Assembly (NCBI RefSeq): GCF_032444005.1
Contig: NC_091290.1
Location: forward strand, 135,718,001 to 135,782,000
Direction: 5' to 3'
DNA from: Ranitomeya imitator
Taxonomy: Eukaryota
DNA length: 64,000 nucleotides
Made by a program: the position numbers and the translations under genes
Notes under the pieces: model-generated
What the model was told of the DNA's origin: nothing
The model's input: only the letters and a program-made list of their open reading frames with translations
Databases searched by the model: none
Part shown: positions 49,141-61,849 of the stretch, in pieces
Numbering within the stretch: the stretch's first letter is position 1
Layout of the letters: every line of letters begins with the position of its first letter

Positions 49141-49688
49141 TATGGAGTGGGGCTCGGTGAGCAAGCGATACATACATGCTAGCCACCTTAGGGAGAGACC
49201 CAAGTTGGGCTAAATGTAGCGGGACGAAAGAGACCGAAAAGCCCTCTACTTAAAGGAAATACATAGTGGATGCTTTCCTGAAACGGAAAGTACTTGCAAG
49301 CAGCATAATACAAAGAATAGCAGGTTTACCCAGAATCCTTTGCAGTAGGCGGAGCTATGCAAATCATCTCTTTCCACCCCTGTCTAATCCACAGCGCTTG
49401 GAACCGCCAAGCGTGCAATGCTGCGGATTAGTTTCTAAATTTACACAGCCAACCAATTGAGATGATTTGCATAGCTCCGCCTACTGCAAAGGATTCTGGG
49501 TAAACCTGCTATTCTTTGTATTATGCTGCTTGCAAGTACTTTCCGTTTCAGGAAAGCATCCACTATGTATTTCCTTTAAGTAGAGGGCTTTTCGGTCTCT
49601 TTCGTCCCGCTACATTTAGCCCAACTTGGGTCTCTCCCTAAGGTGGCTAGCATGTATGTATCGCTTGCTCACCGAGCCCCACTCCATA

Positions 49689-49767
49689 CAGCCAACCAAT
49701 TCCAGCCCTGTGCTGATGAGGGCCTAAAGCCCGAAACACGTGTCCACAGGTAGGAATTGGTTGGCTG
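49689..49767 (+). ncRNA. Type I hammerhead ribozyme, copy 4 (inverted arm); predicted cleavage after 49744
   Basis: CCTGTG 49707-49712, CTGATGA 49713-49719, GGGCCTAAAGCCC, GAAAC 49733-49737, ACGT, GTC 49742-49744, CACAGG 49745-49750. Confidence 0.93.
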
Positions 49768-50440
49768 TGTAAATTTAGAAACTAATCCGCAGCATTGCAC
49801 GCTTGGCGGTTCCAAGCGCTGTGGATTAGACAGGGGTGGAAAGAGATGATTTGCATAGCTCCGCCTACTGCAAAGGATTCTGGGTAAACCTGCTATTCTT
49901 TGTATTATGCTGCTTGCAAGTACTTTCCGTTTCAGGAAAGCATCCACTATGTATTTCCTTTAAGTAGAGGGCTTTTCGGTCTCTTTCGTCCCGCTACATT
50001 TAGCCCAACTTGGGTCTCTCCCTAAGGTGGCTAGCATGTATGTATCATTATTTTTATACACTTCTATTTTACAGATTAATTGTTATTTTTTGCACTTTAT
50101 AATAATTTTTTCCACATACATTCCTTGTAACAAACGCCCCATTTAGCATACAAATGCATTTTCATTGAGCATAATTTTATGTAACTTTTAATAAATTTTT
50201 TCTGTCATTTTTATCTGAGATATTAATAAAGTAAATTTTAATTCTGGACTGTTAATTGTTTTTTTCGTTCGTGGTGTTTTGGTTGCTAATTGCCGAGTGT
50301 CCATTTGGTTCACAGTAGCACTCATTTATATTTAGGATATTTTACACTTATTGACAAAAAACTTTAATAATATTTCTCTTTTTTTTGTGCTTCTGTGTGT
50401 TGTCCCTCCTTCTCTTTGTTTGGTATTTTTATGGTATGCA

Positions 50441-53400
50441 GGCTGGCACTGTTATGGATCACTGTGGCTGACAGTTATGGGACACTGGCACTTTTATGGA
50501 TCACTGTGACTGGTACTGTTATGGATCACTGTGGCTGGTACTGTTATGGATCACTGTGGCTGGTACTGCTATGGATCACTGTGACTGGTACTGTTATGGA
50601 TCACTGTGGCTGGTACTGTTATGGATCACTGTGGCTGGTACTGTTATGGATCACTGTGGCTGGTACTGTTATGGATCACTGTGGCTGGTACTGTTATGGA
50701 TCACTGTGGCTGGTACTGTTATGGATCACTGTGGCTGGTACTGTTATGGATCACTGTGACTGGTACTGTTATGGATCACTGTGGCTGGTACTGTTATGGA
50801 TCACTGTGGCTGGTACTGTTATGGATCACTGTGGCTGGTACTGTTATGGATCACTGTGACTGGTACTGTTATGGATCACTGTGGCTGGTACTGTTATGGA
50901 TCTCTGTGGCTGGTACTGTTATGGATCTCTGTGGCTGGTACTGTTATGGATCACTGTGGCTGGTACTGTTATGGATCACTGTGACTGGTACTGTTATGGA
51001 TCACTGTGGCTGGTACTGTTATGGATCACTGTGGCTGGTACTGTTATGGATCACTGTGGCTGGTACTGTTTTGGATCACTGTGGCTGGTACTGTTATGGA
51101 TCACTGTGGCTGGTACTGTTATGGATCACTGTGGCTGGTATTGTTATGGATCACTGTGGCTGGTACTGTTATGGATCACTGTGGCTGGTACTGTTATGGA
51201 TCACTGTGGCTGGTACTGTTATGGATCACTGTGGCTGGTACTGTTATGGATCACTGTGACTGGTACTGTTATGGATCACTGTGGCTGGTACTGTTATGGA
51301 TCACTGTGGCTGGTACTGTTATGGATCACTGTGGCTGGTACTGTTATGGATCACTGTGGCTGGTACTGTTATGGATCACTGTGGCTGGTACTGTTATGGA
51401 TCACTGTGGCTGGTACTGTTATGGATCACTGTGACTGGTACTGTTATGGATCACTGTGGCTGGTACTGTTATGGATCTCTGTGGCTGGTACTGTTATGGA
51501 TCTCTGTGGCTGGTACTGTTATGGATCACTGTGGCTGGTACTGTTATGGATCACTGTGACTGGTACTGTTATGGATCACTGTGGCTGGTACTGTTATGGA
51601 TCACTGTGGCTGGTACTGTTATGGATCACTGTGGCTGGTACTGTTTTGGATCACTGTGGCTGGTACTGTTATGGATCACTGTGGCTGGTACTGTTATGGA
51701 TCACTGTGGCTGGTATTGTTATGGATCACTGTGGCTGGTACTGTTATGGATCACTGTGGCTGGTACTGTTATGGATCACTGTGGCTGGTACTGTTATGGA
51801 TCACTGTGGCTGGTACTGTTATGGATCACTGTGACTGGTACTGTTATGGATCACTGTGGCTGGTACTGTTATGGATCACTGTGGCTGGTACTGTTATGGA
51901 TCACTGTGGCTGGTACTGTTATGGATCACTGTGGCTGGTACTGTTATGGATCACTGTGGCTGGTACTGTTATGGATCACTGTGGCTGGTACTGTTATGGA
52001 TCACTGTGGCTGGTACTGTTATGGATCACTGTGGCTGGTACTGTTATGGATCACTGTGGCTGGTACTGTTATGGATCACTGTGGCTGGTACTGTTATGGA
52101 TCACTGTGACTGGTACTGTTATGGATCACTGTGGCTGGTACTGTTATGGATCACTGTGGCTGGTACTGTTATGGATCACTGTGACTGGTACTGTTATGGA
52201 TCACTGTGGCTGGTACTGTTATGGATCACTGTGGCTGGTACTGTTATGGATCACTGTGGCTGGTACTGTTATGGATCACTGTGACTGGTACTGTTATGGA
52301 TCACTGTGGCTGGTACTGTTATGGATCACTGTGGCTGGTACTGTTATGGATCTCTGTGGCTGGTACTGTTATGGATCACTGTGGCTGGTACTGTTATGGA
52401 TCACTGTGGCTGGTACTGTTATGGATCACTGTGGCTGGTACTGTTATGGATCACTGTGACTGGTACTGTTATGGATCACTGTGGCTGGTACTGTTATGGA
52501 TCTCTGTGGCTGGTACTGTTATGGATCACTGTGGCTGGTACTGTTATGGATCACTGTGGCTGGTACTGTTATGGATCTCTGTGGCTGGTACTGTTATGGA
52601 TCTCTGTGGCTTGTACTGTTATGGATCACTGTGGCTGGTACTGTTATGGATCACTGTGACTGGTACTGTTATGGATCACTGTGGCTGGTACTGTTATGGA
52701 TCACTGTGGCTGGTACTGTTATGGATCACTGTGGCTGGTACTGTTTTGGATCACTGTGGCTGGTACTGTTATGGATCACTGTGGCTGGTACTGTTATGGA
52801 TCACTGTGGCTGGTACTGTTTTGGATCACTGTGGCTGGTACTGTTATGGATCACTGTGACTGGTACTGTTATGGATCACTGTGGCTGGTACTGTTATGGA
52901 TCACTGTGGCTGGTACTGTTTTGGATCACTGTGGCTGGTACTGTTTTGGATCACTGTGGCTGGTACTGTTATGGATCACTGTGGCTGGTACTGTTATGGA
53001 TCACTGTGGCTGGTACTGTTTTGGATCACTGTGGCTGGTACTGTTTTGGATCACTGTGGCTGGTACTGTTATGGATCACTGTGGCTGGTACTGTTATGGA
53101 TCACTGTGACTGGTACTGTTATGGATCACTGTGGCTGGTATTGTTATGGATCACTGTGGCTGGTACTGTTATGGATCACTGTGGCTGGTACTGTTATGGA
53201 TCACTGTGGCTGGTACTGTTATGGATCACTGTGGCTGGTACTGTTATGGATCACTGTGGCTGGTACTGTTATGGATCACTGTGGCTGGTACTGTTATGGA
53301 TCACTGTGACTGGTACTGTTATGGATCACTGTGGCTGGTACTGTTATGGATCTCTGTGGCTGGTACTGTTATGGATCTCTGTGGCTGGTACTGTTATGGA

Positions 53401-56175
53401 TCACTGTGGCTGGTACTGTTATGGATCACTGTGACTGGTACTGTTATGGATCACTGTGGCTGGTACTGTTATGGATCACTGTGGCTGGTACTGTTATGGA
53501 TCACTGTGGCTGGTACTGTTTTGGATCACTGTGGCTGGTACTGTTATGGATCACTGTGGCTGGTACTGTTATGGATCACTGTGGCTGGTATTGTTATGGA
53601 TCACTGTGGCTGGTACTGTTATGGATCACTGTGGCTGGTACTGTTATGGATCACTGTGGCTGGTACTGTTATGGATCACTGTGGCTGGTACTGTTATGGA
53701 TCACTGTGGCTGGTACTGTTATGGATCACTGTGGCTGGTACTGTTATGGATCACTGTGGCTGGTACTGTTATGGATCACTGTGGCTGGTACTGTTATGGA
53801 TCACTGTGGCTGGTACTGTTATGGATCACTGTGGCTGGTACTGTTATGGATCACTGTGGCTGGTACTGTTATGGATCACTGTGGCTGGTACTGTTATGGA
53901 TCACTGTGGCTGGTACTGTTATGGATCACTGTGGCTGGTACTGTTATGGATCACTGTGACTGGTACTGTTATGGATCACTGTGGCTGGTACTGTTATGGA
54001 TCACTGTGGCTGGTACTGTTATGGATCACTGTGACTGGTACTGTTATGGATCACTGTGGCTGGTACTGTTATGGATCACTGTGGCTGGTACTGTTATGGA
54101 TCACTGTGGCTGGTACTGTTATGGATCACTGTGACTGGTACTGTTATGGATCACTGTGGCTGGTACTGTTATGGATCACTGTGGCTGGTACTGTTATGGA
54201 TCTCTGTGGCTGGTACTGTTATGGATCACTGTGGCTGGTACTGTTATGGATCACTGTGGCTGGTACTGTTATGGATCACTGTGACTGGTACTGTTATGGA
54301 TCACTGTGGCTGGTACTGTTATGGATCTCTGTGGCTGGTACTGTTATGGATCACTGTGGCTGGTACTGTTATGGATCACTGTGGCTGGTACTGTTATGGA
54401 TCTCTGTGGCTGGTACTGTTATGGATCTCTGTGGCTTGTACTGTTATGGATCACTGTGGCTGGTACTGTTATGGATCACTGTGACTGGTACTGTTATGGA
54501 TCACTGTGGCTGGTACTGTTATGGATCACTGTGGCTGGTACTGTTATGGATCACTGTGGCTGGTACTGTTTTGGATCACTGTGGCTGGTACTGTTATGGA
54601 TCACTGTGGCTGGTACTGTTATGGATCACTGTGGCTGGTACTGTTTTGGATCACTGTGGCTGGTACTGTTATGGATCACTGTGACTGGTACTGTTATGGA
54701 TCACTGTGGCTGGTACTGTTATGGATCACTGTGGCTGGTACTGTTTTGGATCACTGTGGCTGGTACTGTTTTGGATCACTGTGGCTGGTACTGTTATGGA
54801 TCACTGTGGCTGGTACTGTTATGGATCACTGTGGCTGGTACTCTTTTGGATCACTGTGGCTGGTACTGTTTTGGATCACTGTGGCTGGTACTGTTATGGA
54901 TCACTGTGGCTGGTACTGTTATGGATCACCGTGACTGGTACTGTTATGGATCACCGTGGCTGGTATTGTTATGGATCACTGTGGCTGGTACTGTTATGGG
55001 ACACTGTGGCTGGTATTGTTATGGATCACTGTGGCTGGTACTGTTATGGATCTCTGTGGCTGGTACTGTTATGGATCACTGTGGCTGGTACTGTTATGGA
55101 TCTCTGTGGCTGGTACTGTTATGGATCACTGTGGCTGGTACTGTTATGGATCACTGTGGCTGGTACTGTTATGGATCTCTGTGGCTGGTACTGTTATGGA
55201 TCTCTGTGGCTTGTACTGTTATGGATCACTGTGGCTGGTACTGTTATGGATCACTGTGACTGGTACTGTTATGGATCACTGTGGCTGGTACTGTTATGGA
55301 TCACTGTGGCTGGTACTGTTATGGATCACTGTGGCTGGTACTGTTTTGGATCACTGTGGCTGGTACTGTTATGGATCACTGTGGCTGGTACTGTTATGGA
55401 TCACTGTGGCTGGTACTGTTTTGGATCACTGTGGCTGGTACTGTTATGGATCACTGTGACTGGTACTGTTATGGATCACTGTGGCTGGTACTGTTATGGA
55501 TCACTGTGGCTGGTACTGTTTTGGATCACTGTGGCTGGTACTGTTTTGGATCACTGTGGCTGGTACTGTTATGGATCACTGTGGCTGGTACTGTTATGGA
55601 TCACTGTGGCTGGTACTCTTTTGGATCACTGTGGCTGGTACTGTTTTGGATCACTGTGGCTGGTACTGTTATGGATCACTGTGGCTGGTACTGTTATGGA
55701 TCACCGTGACTGGTACTGTTATGGATCACTGTGGCTGGTATTGTTATGGATCACTGTGGCTGGTACTGTTATGGGACACTGTGGCTGGTATTGTTATGGA
55801 TCACTGTGACTGGTACTGTTATGGATCACTGTGGCTGGTATTGTTATGGATCACTGTGGCTGGTATTGTTATGGGACACTGCTTGATACTGTTATGAGAC
55901 ACTATGACTGACACTCTTATTTTCATGGTACTCAGGCTGGCAATGTTATGGATCACGGCCGCTGGCAGAGTTATGGGGCATTGCTTGGCACTGTAATGGA
56001 TCACTGTGATTGGCACTTTTATGAATCACTGTGATTGGCACTGTTATGTGATACTGGGTGACACTATTATGGGGCATTGCTTGGCACTGTTATGCATTAC
56101 TGTGGCTGGCACTGTTATGGAGCACTGGCAGTGTTATAGATCAGTATAGTTGGCACTGTTATAGGTAAGTGTGGC
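50441..56175. repeat. 25-bp minisatellite (GGTACTGTTATGGATCACTGTGGCT), ~217 homogeneous copies to about 55875, then degenerate
   Basis: Read directly. Variant units recur at offsets of 575, 775 and 1825 bp. Confidence 0.97.
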
Positions 56176-56339
56176 TGTATTTTTTGCAGTTAGGGTCTCT
56201 CTTGCTGCAAATCCATGCACATTCATCAGGATAACTAGCTCGCTTTGGCATTTTCCTGTTTGTGCCGCTCTTGCGTACACACCACCTCTGCTATGTATGT
56301 ACTGCAGCCACACACCCAGGTAAGGTATGGCACTATGTG

Positions 56340-56471
56340 GTCATACACATCACATGATCCCCGCCCTGCGATGACATCACGGTACAGAACACGTGCCTCC
56401 CTACCCACATCAGTAAATATCACATATCCTGCCAGACTGCTTCCTGACGCTGCTGCGGGGAGAGAGCTCAG
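56340..56471 (+). promoter_or_regulatory. Candidate promoter and non-coding first exon of IST1 paralog C
   Basis: GC box CCCCGCCC (56359-56366), CRE-like TGACATCA (56372-56379), strong donor CTCAG|GTAAGT at 56471/56472. Confidence 0.5.
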
Positions 56472-57699
56472 GTAAGTGTATTATTCCATCAGAATTATAC
56501 GTTTTATGACTTTTCTATTATCTGGCGTATTATAGCGGTGTTTTATGGCACCGATCCTGAATGACATCTCGCTATATAAATTCATTCGATACTGTAGCGA
56601 AGACTAAAACAATGGAAAAATACTTAACAAAGAAGTAACAATTTGTAGCTGTTTTTTTGTTTGTTAGTGTCTTAGTTCATAGTTTGTGATTTTTAGTAGC
56701 GGTGACACAAGTGTTGTAGATTGTACTATTGCTTTAATTGCAACAGAATCTCTCGGCAGCAGACTTCACTAGCATCTGTGCCAAGTGTGAATGTAGTAGG
56801 ATCATTGAAGTGGTCTTATTAAAGGGGTTGTCCAGGATTTAGGGTTTTTTTTCCCCAAAAACAGCGCCACACCTGACTATAGGTGGTGTGTGGTATTGAA
56901 GATCAACCCAGTGGTGGACATAGAGAAAAGAGGCCCTTGTGCAAAAATAGTATATTGGTCCTTTGCAGTCCAATAATTCACCTGTATGCAAAATTCTACC
57001 TACTTTGTAGGCGGTAGTGGCCCTCTTACTTGTCGGGCCCCTCTGCGGCTGCACAAATTGGTATGTTCGCACCTGGATCAACCTCATATCAAAGGACCTT
57101 GGCTGCAATACCAAACACAACCCACAGACAGGCAGGGCGCTGTTTCGAACAAAGTAGCCATGTTTGCCCTTTACAGACAGGTTGTACAAGTCCAATATTA
57201 GAGTACGGACCGACATGTCCTGTCGAGTCGATATAGGGACATATGAGGAGACCCTCGGACCGTCTAGGCTCGGATTGTGAATGTCGGATGTATGAAGCCG
57301 GCACAAGGGACATTTGTCACTCCGGAGAATTGACCTCTGCTGCAATTCCCACAGGACTAAGTATATCCAAAAGTAAAAGAAGTTTAGGCAAAGAAATTGT
57401 TTTGGGGTTAAAAAGGCAAATTAAGAAGAAATAAAGATGATTTATCTGAAAGCAAAGTGGTCGGAAAATGTAAGGGTCTACAAGAGCAATCACTTCTTCC
57501 CATGGTCGGTCCTCCATAGTAAATATTGGAGTCCTGGATTCGGAGCTCCTCTGAAAACATCGGCAGCTGTGGTGTCTGATTCCACAAGCCACGTGATGAC
57601 GAGTCACGTACCGGTTTTTCAGGTTCCTCGTCATTGATGCGAGCTCAGAGTTTCACATGATAATGAGCCGACAGAAACCGACACATAAACAATGTCCGA

Positions 57700-58960
57700 G
57701 ATAAAAGGAACGTGACTTTTATCCAACACCCATCTCAGTAGTTCCAGGAACAACAACTAGGGGGCAAGGGTAGGGGGATAGACAGAGATGAGGGGGGAGA
57801 TATAGGGTGGTGCAGGACTGTGGAGAGCTTAGTGGGTGAGAGAGATAAGTTTATATTGTATTCTGTAGCAGCTGGGCAACCAGTGCAATGGCTGGCACAG
57901 GGTGGAGGCATCAGTGAAGCAGCTGGTCAGAAATATCACCCTGGCTGCTGCATCCAGGATGGATTGGAGAGGAGAACGTTTGATAAGAGGGAGACCGATC
58001 AGAGGAGAGTTTCAGTAGTCCAGAAGAGAGCGAATAACAATGACAGGAAGAGTCTTAGCAGTTTCAAAGGTGAGAAAAGGTCGGATTCTTGAGATGTTTT
58101 CAAGGTGCAGGTGACATTCGCAAGCGATTGATTGGGTATAGGGAATAAAGGAAAGTTTTGTGTCAAATATGACCGCAAGACAGCGAATGTGTGGCTTGGA
58201 GTTATGGTTGCACCACGCACCCAAGGAAATTGCAAAGTCGGGTACAGGTAGGTTAGTAGTGGGAGGAATCACAGCAAGTTCAGTTTTGGGGAGATTCAAT
58301 TCAAATGGAGGGAGGACATAATGTTAGAGACAGTGGACAGACAATCACTGGTGTTTTGTATTAGGGTGGTCAGGAGACAATGTGTCTAATTGGTGACATC
58401 AGCATAGAGATGGTACTGAAAACCGAATCTACTGATGGTTTGTCCAAAAGGGGCAGTATAAGAGGAGAAGAGGAGGAGGGGGCCTAGGACTGATGAGGGG
58501 GCGTAGGACTGATTATTGAGGAACCCCAACAGTAAGGGGAAGATGAGAAGAGGAGGAGACAGCAAAAGACACAGTGAACAGAGAGATAGGAGGAGAACCA
58601 GGACTCCTTGAGGCCGATGGAGTGGAGCATATTGAGGAGGAGCTGATGATCCACAGTGTCGAATGCTGCGGAGAGATCCAGGAGAATCAGCATGGAGTAG
58701 TGACCATTAGATTTAGCTGTTAGTAGGTCATTAGAGACTTTAGTGAGGGCAGTTTCAATAGAGTTTAAAGAGCAGAAACCAGATTGTAAGGGGTCGAGAA
58801 CAGAGTTATCTGAGAGAAAGCGGATAAGACGGGAGTGGACCAAACATTCCAGGAGTTTAGAGATGAGGGGAAGATTAGAGACAGGTCTGTGATTAGCGGC
58901 ACAGTTCTGATCGAGCGAAGACGTTTTTGAAAGTGAAGGGAAAGATACCAAAAGAAAGAG
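57700..58960 (-). mobile_element. L2-clade LINE RT fragment
   Basis: [14 protein letters not shown]...LDPLQSGF...[13 protein letters not shown]; frameshifted. Confidence 0.88.
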
Positions 58961-59580
58961 AGAGGTTAAAGGAGTGTTCTCATCTCCAAGATCGTATCCA
59001 AATATGCTGTAGGTGTAATAATATTATTAGTAAATACCCCAATTAGAAATGTAGTATAGTTCTTCTGATTCGCTATGTCGCTTACTCCATGAGTAAGGGT
59101 GCATACACTCTTACAGCATTGTTCGGAGAATTTTCATATGCAAATCTTCAACTTTTCCAGTCCGTGGATGCAGTAATAATAATAATAATAATCTTTATTT
59201 TTATATAGCGCTAACATATTCCGCAGCGCTTTACAGTTTACACACATTATCATCACTGTCCCCAATGGGGCTCACAATAAAAAAGAAGTTGTCAGCTCCG
59301 AGTCTATTGTATACTCTCAGCTCAACTTCTTGAACATTTCAAATCTCTGTTTGCTGTCAGTGAATGACACTGAGGCTGACGGCAAGGTGTCACCCAGATT
59401 TTGATAATGGTGAAAAAGTTTATAAGAAAGTTGCCTAACTTTTCAATTCCATACTGATCTGTAACACTGCCGTAAAGAAAATACTCATGGATACGTAGAA
59501 ATATTATTGATTTTGTTGTTAATAAAAAATACAGATTTTGCTAATTATTTTTTTTCTTTTAATTTAAAGGAAGGGGAAAC

Positions 59581-59668
59581 ATGTTGAAGGGTGGGTTCAA
59601 GGGTGAGCGCCTCCGGGTCAACCTGAGACTGGCCATCAATCGTTTGAAGTTGCTGGAAAAGAAAAAAA
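59581..59668 (+). CDS. IST1: IST1 paralog C, first coding exon (MLKGGFKGERLRVNLRLAINRLKLLEKKK)
   Basis: Acceptor at 59569/59570, ATG at +11, 88 nt, GTGAGT donor in phase 1. 25/29 identical to the human IST1 N-terminus. Later exons not found in the window. Confidence 0.95.
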
Positions 59669-59807
59669 GTGAGTCTGGGTCTATTAGTGATGTACTATGG
59701 CCATGGTGGTATCAAATTTCTACACCATCAGCTGATTTAATTCATCCAACATTCCTGGTCCGAGTATAGACCATGATATCTGGGCTGACTGCTTCTCTCC
59801 TCACCTA

Positions 59808-61548
59808 CAGGTCCTTCTCCAAAAATTAGCATATAGTGTTAAATTTCATTATTTACCATAATGTAATGATTACAATTAAACTTTCATATATTATAGATTC
59901 ATTATCCACCAACTGAAATTTGTCAGGTCTTTTATTGTTTTAATACTGATGATTTTGGCATACAACTCCTGATAACCCAAAAAACCTGTCTCAATAAATT
60001 AGCATATTTCACCCATCCAATCAAATAAAAGTGTTTTTTAATAACAAACAAAAAAAACAACAAATAATAATGTTCAGTCATGCACTCAATACTTGGTCGG
60101 GAATCCTTTGGCAGAAATGACTGCTTCAATGCGGCGTGGCATGGAGGCAATCAGCCTGTGACACTGCTGAGATGTTATGGAGGCCCAGGATGCTTCAATA
60201 GCGGCCTTAAGCTCATCCAGAGTGTTGGGTCTTGCGTCTCTCAACTTTCTCTTCACAATATCCCACAGATTCTCTATGGGGTTCAGGTCAGGAGAGTTGG
60301 CAGGCCAATTGAGCACAGTAATACCATGGTCAGTAAACCATTTACCAGTGGTTTTGGCACTGTGAGCAGGTGCCAGGTCGTGCTGAAAAATGAAATCTTC
60401 ATCTCCATAAAGCATTTCAGCCGATGGAAGCATGAAGTGCTCCAAAATCTCCTGACCAACACCAGTAGCTGACATGGCACCCCACACCATCACTGACTGT
60501 GGGTACTTGACACTGGACTTCAGGCATTTTGGCATTTCCTTCTCCCTAGTCTTCCTCCAGACTCTGGCACCTTGATTTCCGAATGACATGCAAAATTTGC
60601 TTTCATCAGAAAAAAGTACTTGGGACCACTTAGCCACAGTCCAGTGCTGCTTCTCTGTAGCCCAGGTTAGGCGCCTCTGCCGCTGTTTATGGTTCAAAAG
60701 TGGCTTTACCTGGGGAATGCGGCACCTGTAGCCCATTTCCTGCACACGCCTGTGCACGGTGGCTCTGGATGTTTCCACACCAGACTCAGTCCACTGCTTC
60801 CTCAGGTTCCCCAAGGTCTGGAATCGGTCCTTCTCCACAATCTTCCTCAGGGTCCGGTCTCCTCTTCTCGTTGTACAGCGTTTTCTGCCACATTGTTTCC
60901 TTCCAACAGACTTACCATTGAGGTGCCTTGATACAGCACTCTGGGAACAGCCTATTTGTTGAGAAATTTCTTTCTGGGTCTTACCCTCTTGCTTGAGGGT
61001 GTCAATGATGGCCTTCTTGACATCTGTCAGGTCGCTAGTCTTACCCATGATGGGGGTTTTGAGTAATGAACCAGGCAGGGAGTTTATAAAAGCCTCAGGT
61101 ATCTTTTGCATGTGTTTAGAGTTAATTAGTTGATTCAGAAGATTAGGGTAATAGGTCGTTTAGAGCAGAGGTCCCCAACTCCAGTCCTCAAGGCCCACCA
61201 ACAGGTCATGTTTTCAGGATTTCCTTTGCATTGCACAGGTGATGCAATTATTACCTGGGCAAGACTAAGGAAATCCTGAAAACATGACATGTTGGTGGGC
61301 CTTGAGAACTGGAGTTGGGGACCTCTGGTTTAGAGAACCTTTTCTTGATATGCTAATTTATTGAGACCGTTTTTTTGGGTTATCAGGAGTTGTATGCCAA
61401 AATCATCAGTATTAAAACAATAAAAGACCTGACAAATTTCAGTTTGGTGGATAATGAATCTATAATATATGAAAGTTTAATTGTAATCATTACATTATGG
61501 TAAATAATGAAATTTAACACTATATGCTAATTTTTTGAGAAGGACCTG
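59808..61548 (-). mobile_element. Tc1 (DD34E) transposon with ~200-bp ITRs; transposase ORF 60086-61048 with an in-frame internal deletion
   Basis: TA|CAGGTCCTTCTC...GAGAAGGACCTG|TA; motifs FSDES, FQHD and SPDLNPIE with 34-residue D-E spacing. Confidence 0.93.
61166..61327. mobile_element. hAT MITE (162 bp) nested in the Tc1
   Basis: CAGAGGTCCCCAACTCCAGT TIR; perfect 8-bp TSD GTTTAGAG (61158-61165, 61328-61335). Confidence 0.9.
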
Positions 61549-61849
61549 TATATTCAAAAACCTCATAGGCATATATAAGGCTGTAAATTCGGGTCGAGAA
61601 ATCAGCGATCAGTCCGGACATCATTTTATTTCATAAATCAATAATACTCGTGAAAATAAGAAACTTTGTATTATATCGGAGAAATCCGCTTCTTTCTCCT
61701 CTTGGATTCATCTTTTTTTTTTTTCAAAATACTCAGTTCATGGATAAAATCGGTCTTCAGTTAATATTGACTGAAATAGGAGGTGATAGTTGGTGCTTAT
61801 AAAGTTCTATGGAGAGCTGTAACTGTGGTTTCAGGAGATCGTGTAGCGG

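Larger units (their letters stand above)
48114..50046. mobile_element. Retrozyme / satellite-2-like array of 384-bp hammerhead-containing monomers (3.5 copies plus inverted 1.5 copies)
   Basis: Units start at 48113, 48497, 48881 and 49265 (period 384). Inversion junction at 49458/49459. 13-bp TSD ATCATTATTTTTA (48101-48113, 50044-50056). Confidence 0.92.

Noticed and set aside
50395-55897. Cys/Trp-rich ORFs up to 517 aa
   Set aside because: Stop-free frames of the 25-bp repeat.
56850-57640. Minus-strand peptides faintly resembling a piggyBac transposase
   Set aside because: Similarity is too weak to call by eye; needs an HMM search (DDE_Tnp_1_7).
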